64,000 bases of DNA from Alphaproteobacteria bacterium (GCA_963667785.2 CAXXMU010000001.1:96001-160000), one strand, 5' to 3'; numbered from the stretch's first letter, positions 12,038 to 23,699 are shown. A program made the numbers and translations. The notes: a model not told the origin generated them from the letters alone.

Positions 12038-13317
12038 TGCGCGACCCGGTCGATCTCGGCGCCGCAGGCCGCGAGCTTGTCCTCGATCCGCTCGTAGCCG
12101 CGATCGAGGTGATAGACCCGGTGGACCACCGTCTCGCCTTCGGCCGCGAGCCCCGCCAGCACCAGCGACGACGAGGCGCGGAGGTCGGTGGCCATCACCG
12201 GCGCGCCGGTCAGCGCGGCGACGCCCCGCACCAGCGCGGAGGCGCCGCGCACCGTGATGTCGGCCCCCATGCGGCGCAGCTCCTGCACGTGCATGAAGCG
12301 GTTCTCGAAGATCGTCTCCGTGATCACCGCGGCGCCGTCCGCGACCGTCATCAGGGACATCGCCTGCGCCTGGAGATCGGTGGGGAAGCCCGGATAGGGT
12401 CTCGTCGTCACGTCGGCTGCGGTGGGCCTGCCGTTGCCCTGCACCCTGAGCCCGCGCGCCGTCTTGCTGACGGCGACGCCGGCCGCGGCGAGATAGTCGA
12501 GCAGCGAGCGCAACGATGCCGCAGGCGCCCCGGCGAGCTCGACATCGCCGCCGACCATGGCAGCGGCCAGCGCATAGGTGCCGGCTTCGATCCTGTCGCC
12601 CACCACGTCGTGCTCGGTGCCGGAAAGTGCCCGCTTGCCGCGAATCACGAGCTCGTCGCTGCCGATCCCGCCGATCTCCGCGCCCATCGCGACGAGACAG
12701 CGGGCGAGATCGACGACCTCGGGCTCGCGCGCCGCGTTGCGGATGGTCGTCTCGCCATCGGCGAGCGTCGCCGCCATCATCAGGTTCTCGGTCGCCCCCA
12801 CCGAGGCGAAGGGCAGCCGGATCTCGGCCCCGCGCAGGCGCCCGCGCGTCTGCGCCCGGATGTTGCCGTCTTCGAGCACGATCTCGGCGCCGAGCCGGGT
12901 CAGCCCGTCGATGTGCATGTCGACCGGACGGGAGCCGATGGCACAGCCGCCGGGGAGCGACACGGTCGCGCAACCGGCGCGGGCGAGCAGCGGCCCCAGA
13001 ACCAGGATCGAGGCGCGCATCCGGCACACGAGCTCGTAAGGCGCCGTGGTGCTGTGGATATCGCCGGCGCGGAGCGAGAGCACTCGTCCCGCGTTGCCGC
13101 CCCGCCGGGCGCTGCCGTCCATGCCGATCTCGACGCCGTGCTGGGCGAGGAGGTGCGCCAGCGTGGTGATGTCGGTGAGGTGCGGGATGTTCGAGAGGGT
13201 CAGCGTCTCTTCGGTCAGCAGGCTCGCCGCCATCAGCGGCAGGGCCGCGTTCTTGGCACCGAAGATCTCGATCTCGCCCTCGAGAGGGCGGCCGCCCCTG
13301 ATCCTGATACTGTCCAT
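12034..13317 (-). CDS. murA: UDP-N-acetylglucosamine 1-carboxyvinyltransferase
   Basis: [42 protein letters not shown]. Confidence 0.97.
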   Translation of the reverse strand: MDSIRIRGGRPLEGEIEIFGAKNAALPLMAASLLTEETLTLSNIPHLTDITTLAHLLAQHGVEIGMDGSARRGGNAGRVLSLRAGDIHSTTAPYELVCRMRASILVLGPLLARAGCATVSLPGGCAIGSRPVDMHIDGLTRLGAEIVLEDGNIRAQTRGRLRGAEIRLPFASVGATENLMMAATLADGETTIRNAAREPEVVDLARCLVAMGAEIGGIGSDELVIRGKRALSGTEHDVVGDRIEAGTYALAAAMVGGDVELAGAPAASLRSLLDYLAAAGVAVSKTARGLRVQGNGRPTAADVTTRPYPGFPTDLQAQAMSLMTVADGAAVITETIFENRFMHVQELRRMGADITVRGASALVRGVAALTGAPVMATDLRASSSLVLAGLAAEGETVVHRVYHLDRGYERIEDKLAACGAEIDRVAH

Positions 13318-13407
13318 GAACAGCCCCTGGCGCCGGGGGCACGGCGCCGCAAAGCCGTGCGGCCGCACGTGCATCGGCGCGGCCGCCCCGTCCGCGTTCG
13401 CCGGCGC

Positions 13408-13436
13408 ACCATAGGCGAGCGGCGGCGGCGCGACAA
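13408..13436 (-). promoter_or_regulatory. Putative sigma70 promoter of the murA-his operon
   Basis: TTGTCG-N17-TATGGT on the minus strand. Confidence 0.5.
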
Positions 13437-13595
13437 GCACGGGCGGTGGTACACTCCGCCATTGCCTGTTGCCCGCCACCGCCGTAGTCATGCGCCGCGG
13501 CACATCATGCAAGACCAGGGGAGGGACCCGTTGGACGGTTCCATCGTCGCCGGCCTGTGCGCCGGCCCGGCCCGGCGGCCGGAGGAGCTGAGCGA

Positions 13596-14603
13596 ATGAG
13601 CGCGAAGGGGCTCGCGATCGGCAAGCTGCCGCCGGACCTGCTGGCCGAGCTGCTGGTGACGGGGCGGCCCGCGCCGCCCGAGCTGCTGCTGCCGCCGACG
13701 GTCGGCGAGGATGCGGGCGTCGTCGCCGTCGAGCGCGGCGCGCTCGTCGCCGCGAGCGACCCGGTGACGCTCACCGGGCAGGACGTCGGCGCCCACGCGG
13801 TGATCGTGAACGCGAACGACATTGCCGTCATGGGCGCGCGTCCGCGCTGGTTCACGGCGACCGTCCTTCTGCCGCCGGGGATCACGGAGGCCGAGGTGCG
13901 CGCGCTCTACCGGCGCATGCACGAGGCGCTCGCCGGCCTCGACGCCGTGCTGGTCGGCGGCCATGTCGAGGTCACCGATGCCGTCCGCCGCACCGTCGTC
14001 GTCGGCCACATGATGGGGCTTCGGGAGGACGGCGACTTCGCCCGCACCGCCGCGCTGGAGCCGGGGCAGACGGTGGTGCAGATCGGCCCGGCGCCGGTGG
14101 AAGGCGCGGCCGTTCTCGCGGCCGAGGCGGGCGATCTGCTGCGCGACCGGGTCGCCGCCGCGACTCTGGCCGAGGCCGCCGGCGCGCTTGCCGAGCCCGG
14201 CATATCGGTGGTCGATGCCGCGCTGCGGGCCGCCGCGCTCGGCGCCAGCGCCATGCACGACCCGACCGAGGGCGGGCTCTCCGCCGGGCTCTACGAAATG
14301 GCGGAGGCGGCGGAAATCGGGCTGGTCGTCTCGGCCGATGCCGTGCTTTGGTACGAGCCGGGCCGCATCCTCTCGGAGGCGCTCGGCATCGACCCGTGGG
14401 GGCTGCTCGCCTCCGGTGCGCTGCTCGCGGCCTTTCCGACCGGCGAGGCCGAGGATGCGCTCGCGACGCTCGCGGCCGAAGGCTTCGCCTGCGCGACCAT
14501 CGCCCGCGCCGAGGCGGGACGCGGCGTCGCCTTCGAGGATGGCGGCCCGGTGCCGCGCTTCGCCCGCGACGAGATGATCCGCGTGGTCAGCGCCGGGGAG
14601 TAG
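13596..14603 (+). CDS. AIR synthase-related (PurM/HypE-like) protein
   Basis: [39 protein letters not shown]. Confidence 0.85.
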   Translation: MSAKGLAIGKLPPDLLAELLVTGRPAPPELLLPPTVGEDAGVVAVERGALVAASDPVTLTGQDVGAHAVIVNANDIAVMGARPRWFTATVLLPPGITEAEVRALYRRMHEALAGLDAVLVGGHVEVTDAVRRTVVVGHMMGLREDGDFARTAALEPGQTVVQIGPAPVEGAAVLAAEAGDLLRDRVAAATLAEAAGALAEPGISVVDAALRAAALGASAMHDPTEGGLSAGLYEMAEAAEIGLVVSADAVLWYEPGRILSEALGIDPWGLLASGALLAAFPTGEAEDALATLAAEGFACATIARAEAGRGVAFEDGGPVPRFARDEMIRVVSAGE

Positions 14604-14615
14604 GGCGCGGGGCGC

Positions 14616-15431
14616 TCAGGCGGCGCAGTGGTCGGCGGCCGCTCCCTCGTGGACGGAGAGGTCGACGATGCGGCGATCGGCACCGCAGAGCGCGCAGGCC
14701 GGATCCGGCTTCACCTTGATCTTGCGGAAGGTGGCGCCGAGCCCGTCGTAGACGATCAGGCTGCCTGACAGGCTCTCGCCGATCCCCAGCAACTCCTTCA
14801 GAACCTCGGTCGCCTGCAGCGATCCCATGGAGCCCGCCACGGCGCCGAGGATGCCGCCCTCCGCGCAGGACGGGATCAGCCCCGGCGGCGGCGCCTCGGG
14901 GAAGATGCAGCGATAGCATGGGTTGTCCCCGCCGAGATGGGCCTTGAAGGTCGCGAGCTGGCCGTCGAAGCGCAGGATCGAGGCGGAAACCAGCGTCTTG
15001 CCGGAGAGAAAGCAGGCGTCGTTGATGAGAAAGCGCGTCGCGAAATTGTCGCTGCCGTCGGCGACCAGGTCGTAGCGTCCGATCAGCTCCATCGCGTTGC
15101 CGGGCTCGAGCCGGGTCTGGTGGCTCTCCACGGTCACGTCCGGGTTGATCCGCGCCACCGTCTCGGCCGCGCTCTCGGTCTTGGGATGGCCGATGCGGGC
15201 CTCCGTGTGGGCGATCTGCCGCTGCAGGTTCGAGAGCGCCACCGCGTCGTCGTCGACGACGCCGAGAGTGCCGACGCCGGCCGCCGCGAGATAGAGCAGC
15301 AGCGGCGAGCCGAGGCCGCCGGCGCCGACCACCAGCACTCTCGAGTCCAGGAGCGTCCGCTGGCCCGTGCCGCCCACTTCCTGCAGCAGGATGTGGCGGG
15401 CGTAGCGCTCGAGCTGGCGTTCGTTGAACAT
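14616..15431 (-). CDS. moeB: MoeB/ThiF family adenylyltransferase
   Basis: RYARH, GAGGLG, SNLQRQ, CYRC and C-terminal CALC zinc motifs. Confidence 0.9.
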   Translation of the reverse strand: MFNERQLERYARHILLQEVGGTGQRTLLDSRVLVVGAGGLGSPLLLYLAAAGVGTLGVVDDDAVALSNLQRQIAHTEARIGHPKTESAAETVARINPDVTVESHQTRLEPGNAMELIGRYDLVADGSDNFATRFLINDACFLSGKTLVSASILRFDGQLATFKAHLGGDNPCYRCIFPEAPPPGLIPSCAEGGILGAVAGSMGSLQATEVLKELLGIGESLSGSLIVYDGLGATFRKIKVKPDPACALCGADRRIVDLSVHEGAAADHCAA

Positions 15432-15447
15432 GGCGGCCCGGCGTTTC

Positions 15448-16449
15448 CTAGAGCCCCGCGAAGAGGTCGGTGGAGAGGTAGCGCTCGGCGAAGGAGGGGA
15501 CGATGACGAGGATGCGCTTGCCCGCCATCTCCTCGCGCGCGCCGACCTGCAGCGCGGCGGCGATGGCGGCACCCGACGAGATGCCCACCGGGATGCCTTC
15601 GAGCCGCGCCACCTTCCGGGCGGTCTCGATGGCGGCCTCGTCGCCGATCTGGATCAGTTCGTCGATCACCGAGCGGTCGAGCACGCCCGGCACAAAGCCC
15701 GCGCCGATGCCCTGAATCTTGTGCGGCCCCGCGGGGCCGCCGGAGAGAACCGCGCTCGCCTCGGGCTCGACCCCGATCAGCCTGAGCGCGGGCAGGCGGG
15801 GCCTGAGCACCTGGCCGATGCCGGTGACCGTGCCGCCGGTGCCGACGCCGCAGACGACGGCGTCCAGCGCGCCGCCGGTATCCCGCCAGATCTCCTCCGC
15901 CGTGGTCACGCGGTGGATCGCCGGGTTCGCCGGGTTCTCGAACTGCTGGAGCATCACCGCGCCAGGGATCTCCTCCACCAGCGCGATGGCACGGGCGAGC
16001 GCTCCCGGTATGCCCTCGGCTGCGGGCGTCAGCTCCAGCTCGGCGCCCAGCAGCGAGAGAATGCGCCGGCGCTCGATCGACATGCTCTCCGGCATGGTGA
16101 GGATCAGCCGGTAGCCCTTCGCCGCCGCCACGAAGGCGAGCGCGATGCCGGTGTTGCCCGACGTGGGCTCCACCAGCACCGAGCGGCCGGGCTCGATCGT
16201 GCCGTCGGCTTCCGCCGCTTCGATCATGGAGACGCCGATGCGGTCCTTCACCGAGGCGAGCGGGTTGAAGAACTCGAGCTTGCCCACGATCTCGGCGCCG
16301 CAGCCGGCCTCGGCCGGCAGGCGGTTGAAGCGCACCAGCGGCGTGGACCCGATGGTCTCGGCGATGCTGTCGTAGATGCGGCCCCGCACGGCCGGCGCCG
16401 GCGCGGTCACGGCGGGCGCGGCAGCCTCGTCGGGGTGATCTCGTGCCAT
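15448..16449 (-). CDS. cysK: Cysteine synthase A
   Basis: SVKDR PLP lysine, [20 protein letters not shown]. Confidence 0.95.
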   Translation of the reverse strand: MARDHPDEAAAPAVTAPAPAVRGRIYDSIAETIGSTPLVRFNRLPAEAGCGAEIVGKLEFFNPLASVKDRIGVSMIEAAEADGTIEPGRSVLVEPTSGNTGIALAFVAAAKGYRLILTMPESMSIERRRILSLLGAELELTPAAEGIPGALARAIALVEEIPGAVMLQQFENPANPAIHRVTTAEEIWRDTGGALDAVVCGVGTGGTVTGIGQVLRPRLPALRLIGVEPEASAVLSGGPAGPHKIQGIGAGFVPGVLDRSVIDELIQIGDEAAIETARKVARLEGIPVGISSGAAIAAALQVGAREEMAGKRILVIVPSFAERYLSTDLFAGL

Positions 16450-16566
16450 GGTCCGCTCGGCTCGCTCTGTCATGCGGCGCTGCGACGGCCTCGCCGCCGC
16501 CCCGCCGGGCGAGGATGGCCGAGCAGGTACGTCAGTGCGGCCGGCGGCAGCCAACCGTCGCGGGCA

Positions 16567-16878
16567 TTACCTCTTGGTCCTCGCGCAACTGCTCTTCTTG
16601 ACCGCCTTGGTCTCGTTCTCGTGCGCGTCGAGGGTCGTGGACGCACTCTGCGCGCCCTTGGAGCCGTCGAGGCAGGTGGAGCCGTCGGCGGTGCTGATGC
16701 CGATGCAGTCTGCGGTCTTGCCGCCATCCGTCGTGACCGAGACCAGCTCGAGGTGATGGTGGTCCGCACGAGCCTCGCCGGCGGCAAAGCCCGTTGCCGC
16801 CGCCACCGCCAAGCCTGCGACGAGCGCCAGGGGCAGCGCGGCCCCGAGACCAAACCGAACTCCGCGAATCAACGTCAT
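16567..16878 (-). CDS. Small secreted hypothetical protein (103 aa)
   Basis: GAGGAG RBS, hydrophobic signal ending in ARA, mature part with HHH and three Cys. Confidence 0.65.
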   Translation of the reverse strand: MTLIRGVRFGLGAALPLALVAGLAVAAATGFAAGEARADHHHLELVSVTTDGGKTADCIGISTADGSTCLDGSKGAQSASTTLDAHENETKAVKKSSCARTKR

Positions 16879-16976
16879 GCCCGTCTCCTCACTCGTGACC
16901 GGCTCATGGTCGCCCGGTACGGCCGGGCATTGTGCAACGCGCATCGACCGCGATCAACGGCGTTCCATCACGTGCC

Positions 16977-17456
16977 TCAACCGCCCTCGCTTTCGGGTTC
17001 CAGCCCGGTCGAGCCGAAGCCGCCTGCGCCGCGTGCGCTCGGCGGCACCGCGCCCTCGACCAGGCGCACGCAGGCCACGGGCGCGATCACGAGCTGGGCT
17101 ATGCGCATGCCGCGTTCCACCACGAAGGGCCGCTCGCCCAGATTGACGAGCAACACGCCGATCTCGCCGCGATAGTCGGAATCGATCGTGCCGGGGCTGT
17201 TGAGCACGGTGACGCCGTGCTTCAGCCCGAGGCCCGAGCGCGGCCTGATCTGGCCCTCGAAGCCCTCGGGCAGCGCCAGCGCGAGGCCGCATCCGACGAG
17301 CGCGCGCGCCCCCGGCGCAAGTCGTAGCGGCCCGGTCGCGGCGTGGAGATCGAGCCCGGAGCTGCCGGCGCTGGCATGGGCCGGCAGCGGCAGGTCGCGT
17401 GCGTGGGCGAGGCGCTCGACCGTGACCTCGACCGGCGTCCCCGCTGCCCCGCTCAT
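16977..17456 (-). CDS. dut: dUTP diphosphatase
   Basis: [30 protein letters not shown]. Confidence 0.97.
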   Translation of the reverse strand: MSGAAGTPVEVTVERLAHARDLPLPAHASAGSSGLDLHAATGPLRLAPGARALVGCGLALALPEGFEGQIRPRSGLGLKHGVTVLNSPGTIDSDYRGEIGVLLVNLGERPFVVERGMRIAQLVIAPVACVRLVEGAVPPSARGAGGFGSTGLEPESEGG

Positions 17457-18730
17457 GCCGCGCCGGTGCCGAGCGCGCGTGCGATGCGTTCGGCGAGCCG
17501 TCTCGCGACCTCTGCCTTGCTCATGCGCGGCCAGCGCTCGACCGCCGGCGCCTCGCCCTCGCCCACGCCGGTGAGCAGGCAGATATGGTTGTCGTCGCCG
17601 CCGAAGACGCCACTCTCCGGCGCCACCCGGTTGGCGAGGATCCAGTCGCAGCCCTTCGCCTCGAGCTTGGCGGCGGCGTTCGCCTCCACGTCCTCGGTCT
17701 CGGCTGCGAAGCCGATCACCAGGCGCGGGCGCCGCGGGCCGGGGGCGCCGAGCCGGGCCAGGATGTCCGGGTTCTCGGCGAGCTCCAGCGCGGGCGGGCC
17801 GTCGCCGGCGCCCTTCTTCATCTTCTGCGTCCGGGGCGCCGCCGCCCGCCAGTCCGAGACCGCGGCTGCGCAGATGGCGATGTCGGTGGGCAGGCCCTGC
17901 TCGCAGGCGGCCAGCATCTCGTGTGCCGTCTCGATCCGCACTGTCTCCACGCCCGCCGGCGCCGGCTCGGCGGTGGGGCCGGAGACGAGCAGCACGTCCG
18001 CGCCCGCATCGGCGCAGGCGGCCGCGATGGCGTGCCCCTGCTTGCCCGAGGAGCGGTTGCCGAGGAAGCGCACCGGATCGATGGGCTCGTAGGTCGGCCC
18101 GCTGGTGACCAGCACCCGCACGCCCGCCAGTGGACGGGCGCAGGTCCCGCCCAGGCAGGCCGCGATGGCGGCCATGATCTCGGGCACCTCGGCCATGCGG
18201 CCGGGGCCGCTCTCGCCCTCGGCGAGCGGGCCGTCATTGGGCCCAACGAAGCTGACCCCGTCCGCCTCCAGGCGCGCGCGGTTGCGCTGGGTCGCCGAAT
18301 GGAGCCACATCCGCGTGTTCATCGCGGGCGCCGCGAGCACCGGCCTGTCGGCGGCCAGCAGGGTCGAGGTCGCAAGGTCGTCGGCGATGCCGTGGGCCAT
18401 CTTCGCCATAATGTCGGCGGTGGCCGGCGCCACCACCACGAGGTCCGCCTCCTGACCCAGCCTGATGTGGGCGATGTCGCTGTCGGCGGTGAGCGCGAGC
18501 GTGTCGCTGAAGAGCGTCTGGCCGGTAAGCGTCTCGACCGAGAGCGGGGTGACGAACGCGGCGCCGGCGCGGGTGAGGATGCAGCGCACCTCGGCGCCGG
18601 CGTCTCTCAGCCGCCGGATCAGCTCGAGGCACTTGTAGGCGGCGATGCCGCCCGCGATCACCAGCAGGATCCGCTTGTCGCGCAGCGCCGCGGCGGATCC
18701 GCCCCCGCTCCCGTCAGCCGCTACCTGCAT
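17453..18730 (-). CDS. coaBC: Bifunctional phosphopantothenoylcysteine decarboxylase/synthetase
   Basis: [37 protein letters not shown]. Confidence 0.96.
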   Translation of the reverse strand: MQVAADGSGGGSAAALRDKRILLVIAGGIAAYKCLELIRRLRDAGAEVRCILTRAGAAFVTPLSVETLTGQTLFSDTLALTADSDIAHIRLGQEADLVVVAPATADIMAKMAHGIADDLATSTLLAADRPVLAAPAMNTRMWLHSATQRNRARLEADGVSFVGPNDGPLAEGESGPGRMAEVPEIMAAIAACLGGTCARPLAGVRVLVTSGPTYEPIDPVRFLGNRSSGKQGHAIAAACADAGADVLLVSGPTAEPAPAGVETVRIETAHEMLAACEQGLPTDIAICAAAVSDWRAAAPRTQKMKKGAGDGPPALELAENPDILARLGAPGPRRPRLVIGFAAETEDVEANAAAKLEAKGCDWILANRVAPESGVFGGDDNHICLLTGVGEGEAPAVERWPRMSKAEVARRLAERIARALGTGAA

Positions 18731-18784
18731 CCGGGTACGCTACGGGGGCCGGGCGGACGCGGCAAGAGCCGCGCCGGGGGTCGC

Positions 18785-19642
18785 TCAGGGCCAGTGCGCC
18801 GCCGGCGGCAGCGACATCAGGATCGCCTCCACGTTACCGCCGGTCTCGAGCCCGAAGCGGGTGCCGCGGTCGTAGAGCAGGTTGAACTCGACGTAGCGCC
18901 CGCGGCGTACGAGTTGGTGGGCGCGCTGTTCCTCGGTCCAGGGCTCGCCCATGCGGCGGCGCACGATCGCCGGATAGACGTCGAGGAAGGCGCGGCCGAC
19001 GTCCCGGGTGAAGGCGAAGTCCGCCTCCCAGTCGCCGCTGTTGAGGTCGTCGTAGAAGATGCCGCCAGCGCCGCGCGGCTCCTCCCGGTGGGGCAGGTAG
19101 AAGTAGCGGTCGCACCACGCCTTGAAGCGCGGGTAGTAGTCCGCGTCGTGGCGGGCGCAGGCGCGCTCGAGCGCCGCGTGGAAATCGGCCGCATCCCGCT
19201 CGTCCGGGTAGGTCGGCGTGAGGTCGCTGCCGCCGCCGAACCACCAGGCGCGGGTGACGATGTGGCGCGTGTTCATGTGGACCGCCGGCACCAGCGGCGA
19301 GCGCATGTGCGCCACGACGGAGATCCCGCTGGCCCAGAAGCGCCCGTCCTCTGCGGCGCCAGTCACCTTCTGGCGGAAGCTCTCGGAGAGCGTGCCGTGC
19401 ACGGTGGACACGTTGACGCCCACCTTCTCGAAGACGCGGCCGCGCATGATCGCCATGACGCCCCCCCCGCCGCCGGGGCGCTCCCAGGGCTTGCGATCGA
19501 AGCGGCCGGGGGGTGCGCCGGCGGAGTCCGCCCCGCCGTCGGCCTCGATTGCCTCGAAGGCGGCGCAGATCTCGTCGCGCAACGCCTCGAACCAGGCGCG
19601 CGCCTGCACCTGTCGCGCCGTCTCGTCGCCTGGCTCGCTCAT
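18785..19642 (-). CDS. hemF: Oxygen-dependent coproporphyrinogen III oxidase
   Basis: [37 protein letters not shown]. Confidence 0.96.
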   Translation of the reverse strand: MSEPGDETARQVQARAWFEALRDEICAAFEAIEADGGADSAGAPPGRFDRKPWERPGGGGGVMAIMRGRVFEKVGVNVSTVHGTLSESFRQKVTGAAEDGRFWASGISVVAHMRSPLVPAVHMNTRHIVTRAWWFGGGSDLTPTYPDERDAADFHAALERACARHDADYYPRFKAWCDRYFYLPHREEPRGAGGIFYDDLNSGDWEADFAFTRDVGRAFLDVYPAIVRRRMGEPWTEEQRAHQLVRRGRYVEFNLLYDRGTRFGLETGGNVEAILMSLPPAAHWP

Positions 19643-19650
19643 CGGAGCCC

Positions 19651-20754
19651 CTATTCCCCGCCGGTTGCCGGCATCACCGCGTAGTCGCTGTCGAGAGAGA
19701 GCCGGTCGAGGATCGCCCGGATTCGCGCCCAGGTGGGGCCGTCGATGGGGTAGGGGCCGCCGGGCCCGCGGCTCGCGCGCGCGCCTGGCAGGCGGACGCC
19801 GGTCGTGCCCTCGGCGGCGGGCAGCGCCTCCAGCCCGGCGACGAACGCCTCCATCGCCTGCGCGAAGTCCCGGCCTCTGCCGAGCGTCTGCGGGTCGGCC
19901 GCGAGCACGAAGAGGCCGTTGCCCTGGTCCTCCTTCTCGTTGCCCCGGCTCATGCCGGCACCGGCGAGCGCGCCGGCGAAGGCCTCGACGATCAGGCTGA
20001 GCAGGAAGCCCTTGTGCCCGTCCTCCGCACCGCCGAGCGGCAGGAGCGAGGCGCTGCGGGGCGCATCGAAGAAGCCGGCAGGCTCAGTGGTAGCGCGGCC
20101 GGCGCGGTCGATCAGCCAGCCCTCAGGCACGGCCTCGCCCCGGTTGACCGCCATCCTGATCTTGCCGAGCGCCACCACCGAGGTCGAGATGTCGATCACC
20201 AGCGGCGGCTCGCCCGGCGCGCGCGGGATGCCGCAGGCCAGCGGATTGGTGCTGAGGAAGGGCGCCGCAGAGCCGAAGGGCGCGACGCAGGCGCCGCCGC
20301 CGGCGTCGTTGACCAGTATCAGCGTGAGAAGCCCTTCCCGCGCCGGCGCGCCGACATAGGCGCCGAGGCGGGCGATGTCGTTGCCGCGCCTGACGGCGGC
20401 GCAGCCGATGCCGGCGGACCGCGCCTTGGCCACGGCGCGGTCCACGGTAAACACGGCGGAGACGGGCCCGAGGCAGCGGTGGGCGTCGATCATCGCCGCG
20501 GCCTCCGTCTCGTGCACGATGGCGGGGGCGGTGGCCGGCACGATGATCCCGGCCAGCGTGTCCTCCGCGAAGGTGGGGATCCGCATCACCCCGTGGCTGT
20601 GATAGCCCGCCCGGCTCGCCTCCAGTAGGGTCTCGGTCAGCACCGCGCGCTCAGGCCGGGTGAAGCCGAGGGCCCCGAAGATGTCCTCGATCAGCGCGCA
20701 GACGACGGATTCAGGCGCGCTGACACCCGCGTCCGCCGCCATCGCGCCTGCCAT
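19651..20754 (-). CDS. Ldh_2 family (malate/lactate/ureidoglycolate-type) oxidoreductase
   Basis: SHG, STNPLA, DISTS, GHKGF motifs. Confidence 0.85.
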   Translation of the reverse strand: MAGAMAADAGVSAPESVVCALIEDIFGALGFTRPERAVLTETLLEASRAGYHSHGVMRIPTFAEDTLAGIIVPATAPAIVHETEAAAMIDAHRCLGPVSAVFTVDRAVAKARSAGIGCAAVRRGNDIARLGAYVGAPAREGLLTLILVNDAGGGACVAPFGSAAPFLSTNPLACGIPRAPGEPPLVIDISTSVVALGKIRMAVNRGEAVPEGWLIDRAGRATTEPAGFFDAPRSASLLPLGGAEDGHKGFLLSLIVEAFAGALAGAGMSRGNEKEDQGNGLFVLAADPQTLGRGRDFAQAMEAFVAGLEALPAAEGTTGVRLPGARASRGPGGPYPIDGPTWARIRAILDRLSLDSDYAVMPATGGE

Positions 20755-20758
20755 CGCC

Positions 20759-21775
20759 TCAGCGCTCCGCCACCCTGACCACGAGCTTGCCGAAGTTGCG
20801 ACCCTCGAAGAGCATGCCGAGCCCCTCCGGCGCGTTCTCCAGCCCCTCGATCACGTGCTCGCGATAGGTCATGCGGCCCTCGTCGAGCCACGCCGCGAGC
20901 CGGGCGAAGGCTTCCCCGTAGCGGCTCAGCCAGTCGAAGACGAGGAAGCCCTCCACCCGCGCGCGGTTGACGAGGATGTGGCGCAGGTGGCTCGGGCCCA
21001 GGTAGGGCTCGGTCAGGTTGTAGTGGTGGATGCAGCCGCAGACCACGACGCGCCCCTTGAAGGCGAGGCGGCTCATCACGGCGTCGGTCATCGGGCCGCC
21101 GACATTGTCGAAGTAGACGTCGATGCCGTTGGGGCAGGCGACGTCCAGCGCGGCGCCGAGATCGTTCGCCGTGCGGTAGTTGATCGCCTCGTCGAAGCCG
21201 AGCTCGTCCCGGATGTAGGCCGCCTTGTCGTCAGAGCCGACGGTGCCGACCACGCGGCAGCCGCCGATCTTGGCGATCTGGCCCACCACGGCGCCGACCG
21301 CGCCGGACGCTGCCGAGACCACCACCGTGTCGCCGGGGCGGGGCTGGCCCACCTCCAGCAGGCCGAAATAGGCGGTGGCGCCGGGCATGCCGAGGATGCC
21401 GAGCGCGTAGGAGGGCGGGTAGGGGGAGGCGGGCAGGACCCGCGCCGAGCCGCGCGTGCAGAGCGCGTACTCCTGCCAGCCGAACATGCCCTCCACCAGG
21501 TCGCCCGCCGCGAGGCCCTCGGCCTCGGAGCGCACCACCTCGCCCACCGCGCCGCCGGTCATCACCCCGCCGATGGCCACGGGCGCCGCGTATGACTTCG
21601 CCGCGCTCATGCGCCCGCGCATGTAGGGGTCCAGCGAGAGCGAGAGCACGCGCACCAGAGCCTGGCCGGGGCGGGGCTCGGGCGCCGGCTCCTCGGCGAG
21701 CGCGAAGTCGCTCTCCTTCGGCATGCCCACGGGCCGCGCCGCGAGCCTGACCTGACGGTTGATGGTCGCGTTCAT
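20759..21775 (-). CDS. NADP-dependent oxidoreductase (CurA/PTGR-like MDR)
   Basis: LSLDPYMRGRM, GMPGATAY, AASGAVG, YFDNVGG, NFGK. Confidence 0.92.
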   Translation of the reverse strand: MNATINRQVRLAARPVGMPKESDFALAEEPAPEPRPGQALVRVLSLSLDPYMRGRMSAAKSYAAPVAIGGVMTGGAVGEVVRSEAEGLAAGDLVEGMFGWQEYALCTRGSARVLPASPYPPSYALGILGMPGATAYFGLLEVGQPRPGDTVVVSAASGAVGAVVGQIAKIGGCRVVGTVGSDDKAAYIRDELGFDEAINYRTANDLGAALDVACPNGIDVYFDNVGGPMTDAVMSRLAFKGRVVVCGCIHHYNLTEPYLGPSHLRHILVNRARVEGFLVFDWLSRYGEAFARLAAWLDEGRMTYREHVIEGLENAPEGLGMLFEGRNFGKLVVRVAER

Positions 21776-21810
21776 GATGCTTACTCCGCTCGCTTCGGTC
21801 TCGACCGTCG

Positions 21811-21923
21811 CCCCACCTCCCCCTGTCCCCCTCCCCCCGAAGGGCGGAGGGGGAACGCAAGCCGAGCCGGCATTTTCTCCCTCTCCGCCCCCGGGGGCGG
21901 AGAGGGCCGGGGTGAGGTGGGGG
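21811..21923. repeat. REP/RIME-like composite palindromic element
   Basis: Outer inverted repeat CCCCACCTC...GAGGTGGGG enclosing two GC hairpins, one being CCCTCTCCGCCCCCGGGGGCGGAGAGGG. Confidence 0.7.
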
Positions 21924-21977
21924 TGTTTCTCCTCGTACTCCCGGACTGATGGCAACAGTGGCGGTCGCCGATGTCGC

Positions 21978-22769
21978 CTACGGAAAGACGGAGTAGCCGC
22001 CCACGGCCAGGTAGCCGCCGTCGATCACCAGCTCCGTGCCGGTGATGAAGCTCGATTCCTCGGACGCGAGGAAGACGACGCCGTTGGCGATGTCTTCCGG
22101 CTTGCCGACGCGGCCGATCGGGTGCTGCTTGGCGAGCTCCCGCAAGCCCGCTTCCAGGCTGCCGTAGTCGCGGTAGCAGGTGGCCTCCATCATCTCGGTA
22201 TGGATGTAGCCGGGGTGGATCGAGTTCACCCGGATGCGCCGCTCGTCCTTGGCGCCGTCGAGCGCGGCCCCCTTGCTGAAGAGCCTCACCGCCCCCTTGG
22301 TCGCGCTGTAGGCGGAGAGGCCGGGGATGCTGGTGAAGCCGAGGATGGACGAGATGTTGATGATCGAGCCGCCCGGCCGCATCGCCGCCATGCCGTGCTT
22401 GGTGCCGAGGAAGACGCCGTCGGCGTTGACCGACATGCTCTTGTGCCAGCTCTCGAGCGTGACGTCCGACAGCGGCTCGATGATGCCGACGCCGGCGTTG
22501 TTCACCACCACGTCGAGGCCGCCGAAGCGATCGAGGACGGCGGGGATCGCGGCCTCCCAGTCGGCCTCGCTGGTCACGTCGAGGGCGACGAACATGGTCT
22601 CCGCGCCGCCGTCCGCCAGCTCGGCCGCGAGCGCCTCGCCGCCGTCGCGGTCGATATCGGCGAGCGCCACCGGCGCGCCTTCCGCCGCGAGCGCGCGTGC
22701 GCACGCCTTGCCGATGCCCCTGGCCGCGCCGGTAACGAGCGCGACGCGGCCTTCCAGCCGTCCTGCCAT
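21978..22769 (-). CDS. Short-chain dehydrogenase/reductase
   Basis: TGAARGIG, NNAG, YSATK, IHPG. Confidence 0.95.
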   Translation of the reverse strand: MAGRLEGRVALVTGAARGIGKACARALAAEGAPVALADIDRDGGEALAAELADGGAETMFVALDVTSEADWEAAIPAVLDRFGGLDVVVNNAGVGIIEPLSDVTLESWHKSMSVNADGVFLGTKHGMAAMRPGGSIINISSILGFTSIPGLSAYSATKGAVRLFSKGAALDGAKDERRIRVNSIHPGYIHTEMMEATCYRDYGSLEAGLRELAKQHPIGRVGKPEDIANGVVFLASEESSFITGTELVIDGGYLAVGGYSVFP

Positions 22770-22785
22770 GGCTCCCCCCTCCCCG

Positions 22786-23550
22786 TCAGTCGTCGACGCT
22801 GGCCGCGCCCGCCATCATGGCGCGCACCATGGCGGGCTTCGGCACGGTGGGGCTGGGATAGGCCTTGCGGCTGTGGCTCAGGCCTAAGCCCAGCACGCAT
22901 TCGGCGAGCTTGTAGGTGAGCGGGCCAGGGTTGATGACCGGCACCGGCAGGTTCTCGGCCATGTGGCCGTGCGCCTGGTGCATGGTGGTCGACCCGAGCA
23001 GGATCACTTCGGCGCCGTCCTCCTCGATGCAGCGTGTGGCGCAGTCCACCAGCTTGGGGAAGACCACCTCCTCCTTGCCGCCGAGCAGATTCTCCACGTC
23101 CGGCATGACGTTGATGGAGCGGACCGAGGCGAGCATGTTGGCGACGCCGTATTCCACGCTGCTCTTCTTGTAGAGCGGGATCCAGCCGTCCCACTGCGTC
23201 ACCACCGAGAAGCGGTTGCCGAGCATGAGCGCCATCATGAAGGAGGCCCGCCCCGGCCCGATCACCGGGATGTCGAGCACCGAGCGCAGCGAGTTCATGC
23301 CGGAATCGCTCATGGTGTCGATGCAGACGGCGTCGTAGCCGTCCTCCTGGGCGCCGAGGCCCGCCTCGAACAGCGCGATCTCGGCCAAGGCGTAGTCGTG
23401 GTAGCAGTCGAGCAGCGCCGGCCCCGCCTTGACCCCGCAGAAGTCGAACTCGATGTCGGGACCGAACGCGACCGAATCGAGCTGCGCGCGCCGGTTCTTG
23501 AGCCCCTTCTCGTCGAACGCGAAGGGAACGATGACGAGTACCCTGGCCAT
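22786..23550 (-). CDS. Asp/Glu/hydantoin racemase family protein
   Basis: GYDAVCIDTMSDSG, IPVIGPG, LLGSTTM, PVINPG. Confidence 0.85.
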   Translation of the reverse strand: MARVLVIVPFAFDEKGLKNRRAQLDSVAFGPDIEFDFCGVKAGPALLDCYHDYALAEIALFEAGLGAQEDGYDAVCIDTMSDSGMNSLRSVLDIPVIGPGRASFMMALMLGNRFSVVTQWDGWIPLYKKSSVEYGVANMLASVRSINVMPDVENLLGGKEEVVFPKLVDCATRCIEEDGAEVILLGSTTMHQAHGHMAENLPVPVINPGPLTYKLAECVLGLGLSHSRKAYPSPTVPKPAMVRAMMAGAASVDD

Positions 23551-23699
23551 GAGCCTCTCCCCCATCCGTGGCTTGCCGCGCGAGCCGCGCAGCACCCCTC
23601 CCGCGCGTTCCGCGCGAGCGCCGGATCATGGCGCAGATGGGCTGAGGCCGAAAGGGCGGCGCCGGGGCCGAGGGGGGGGGCGGAGAGCGGCAGCCGCGC

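Noticed and set aside
19461-19468. C8 homopolymer in hemF as a phase-variation tract
   Set aside because: It encodes the Gly-rich loop typical of HemF and the frame is intact.
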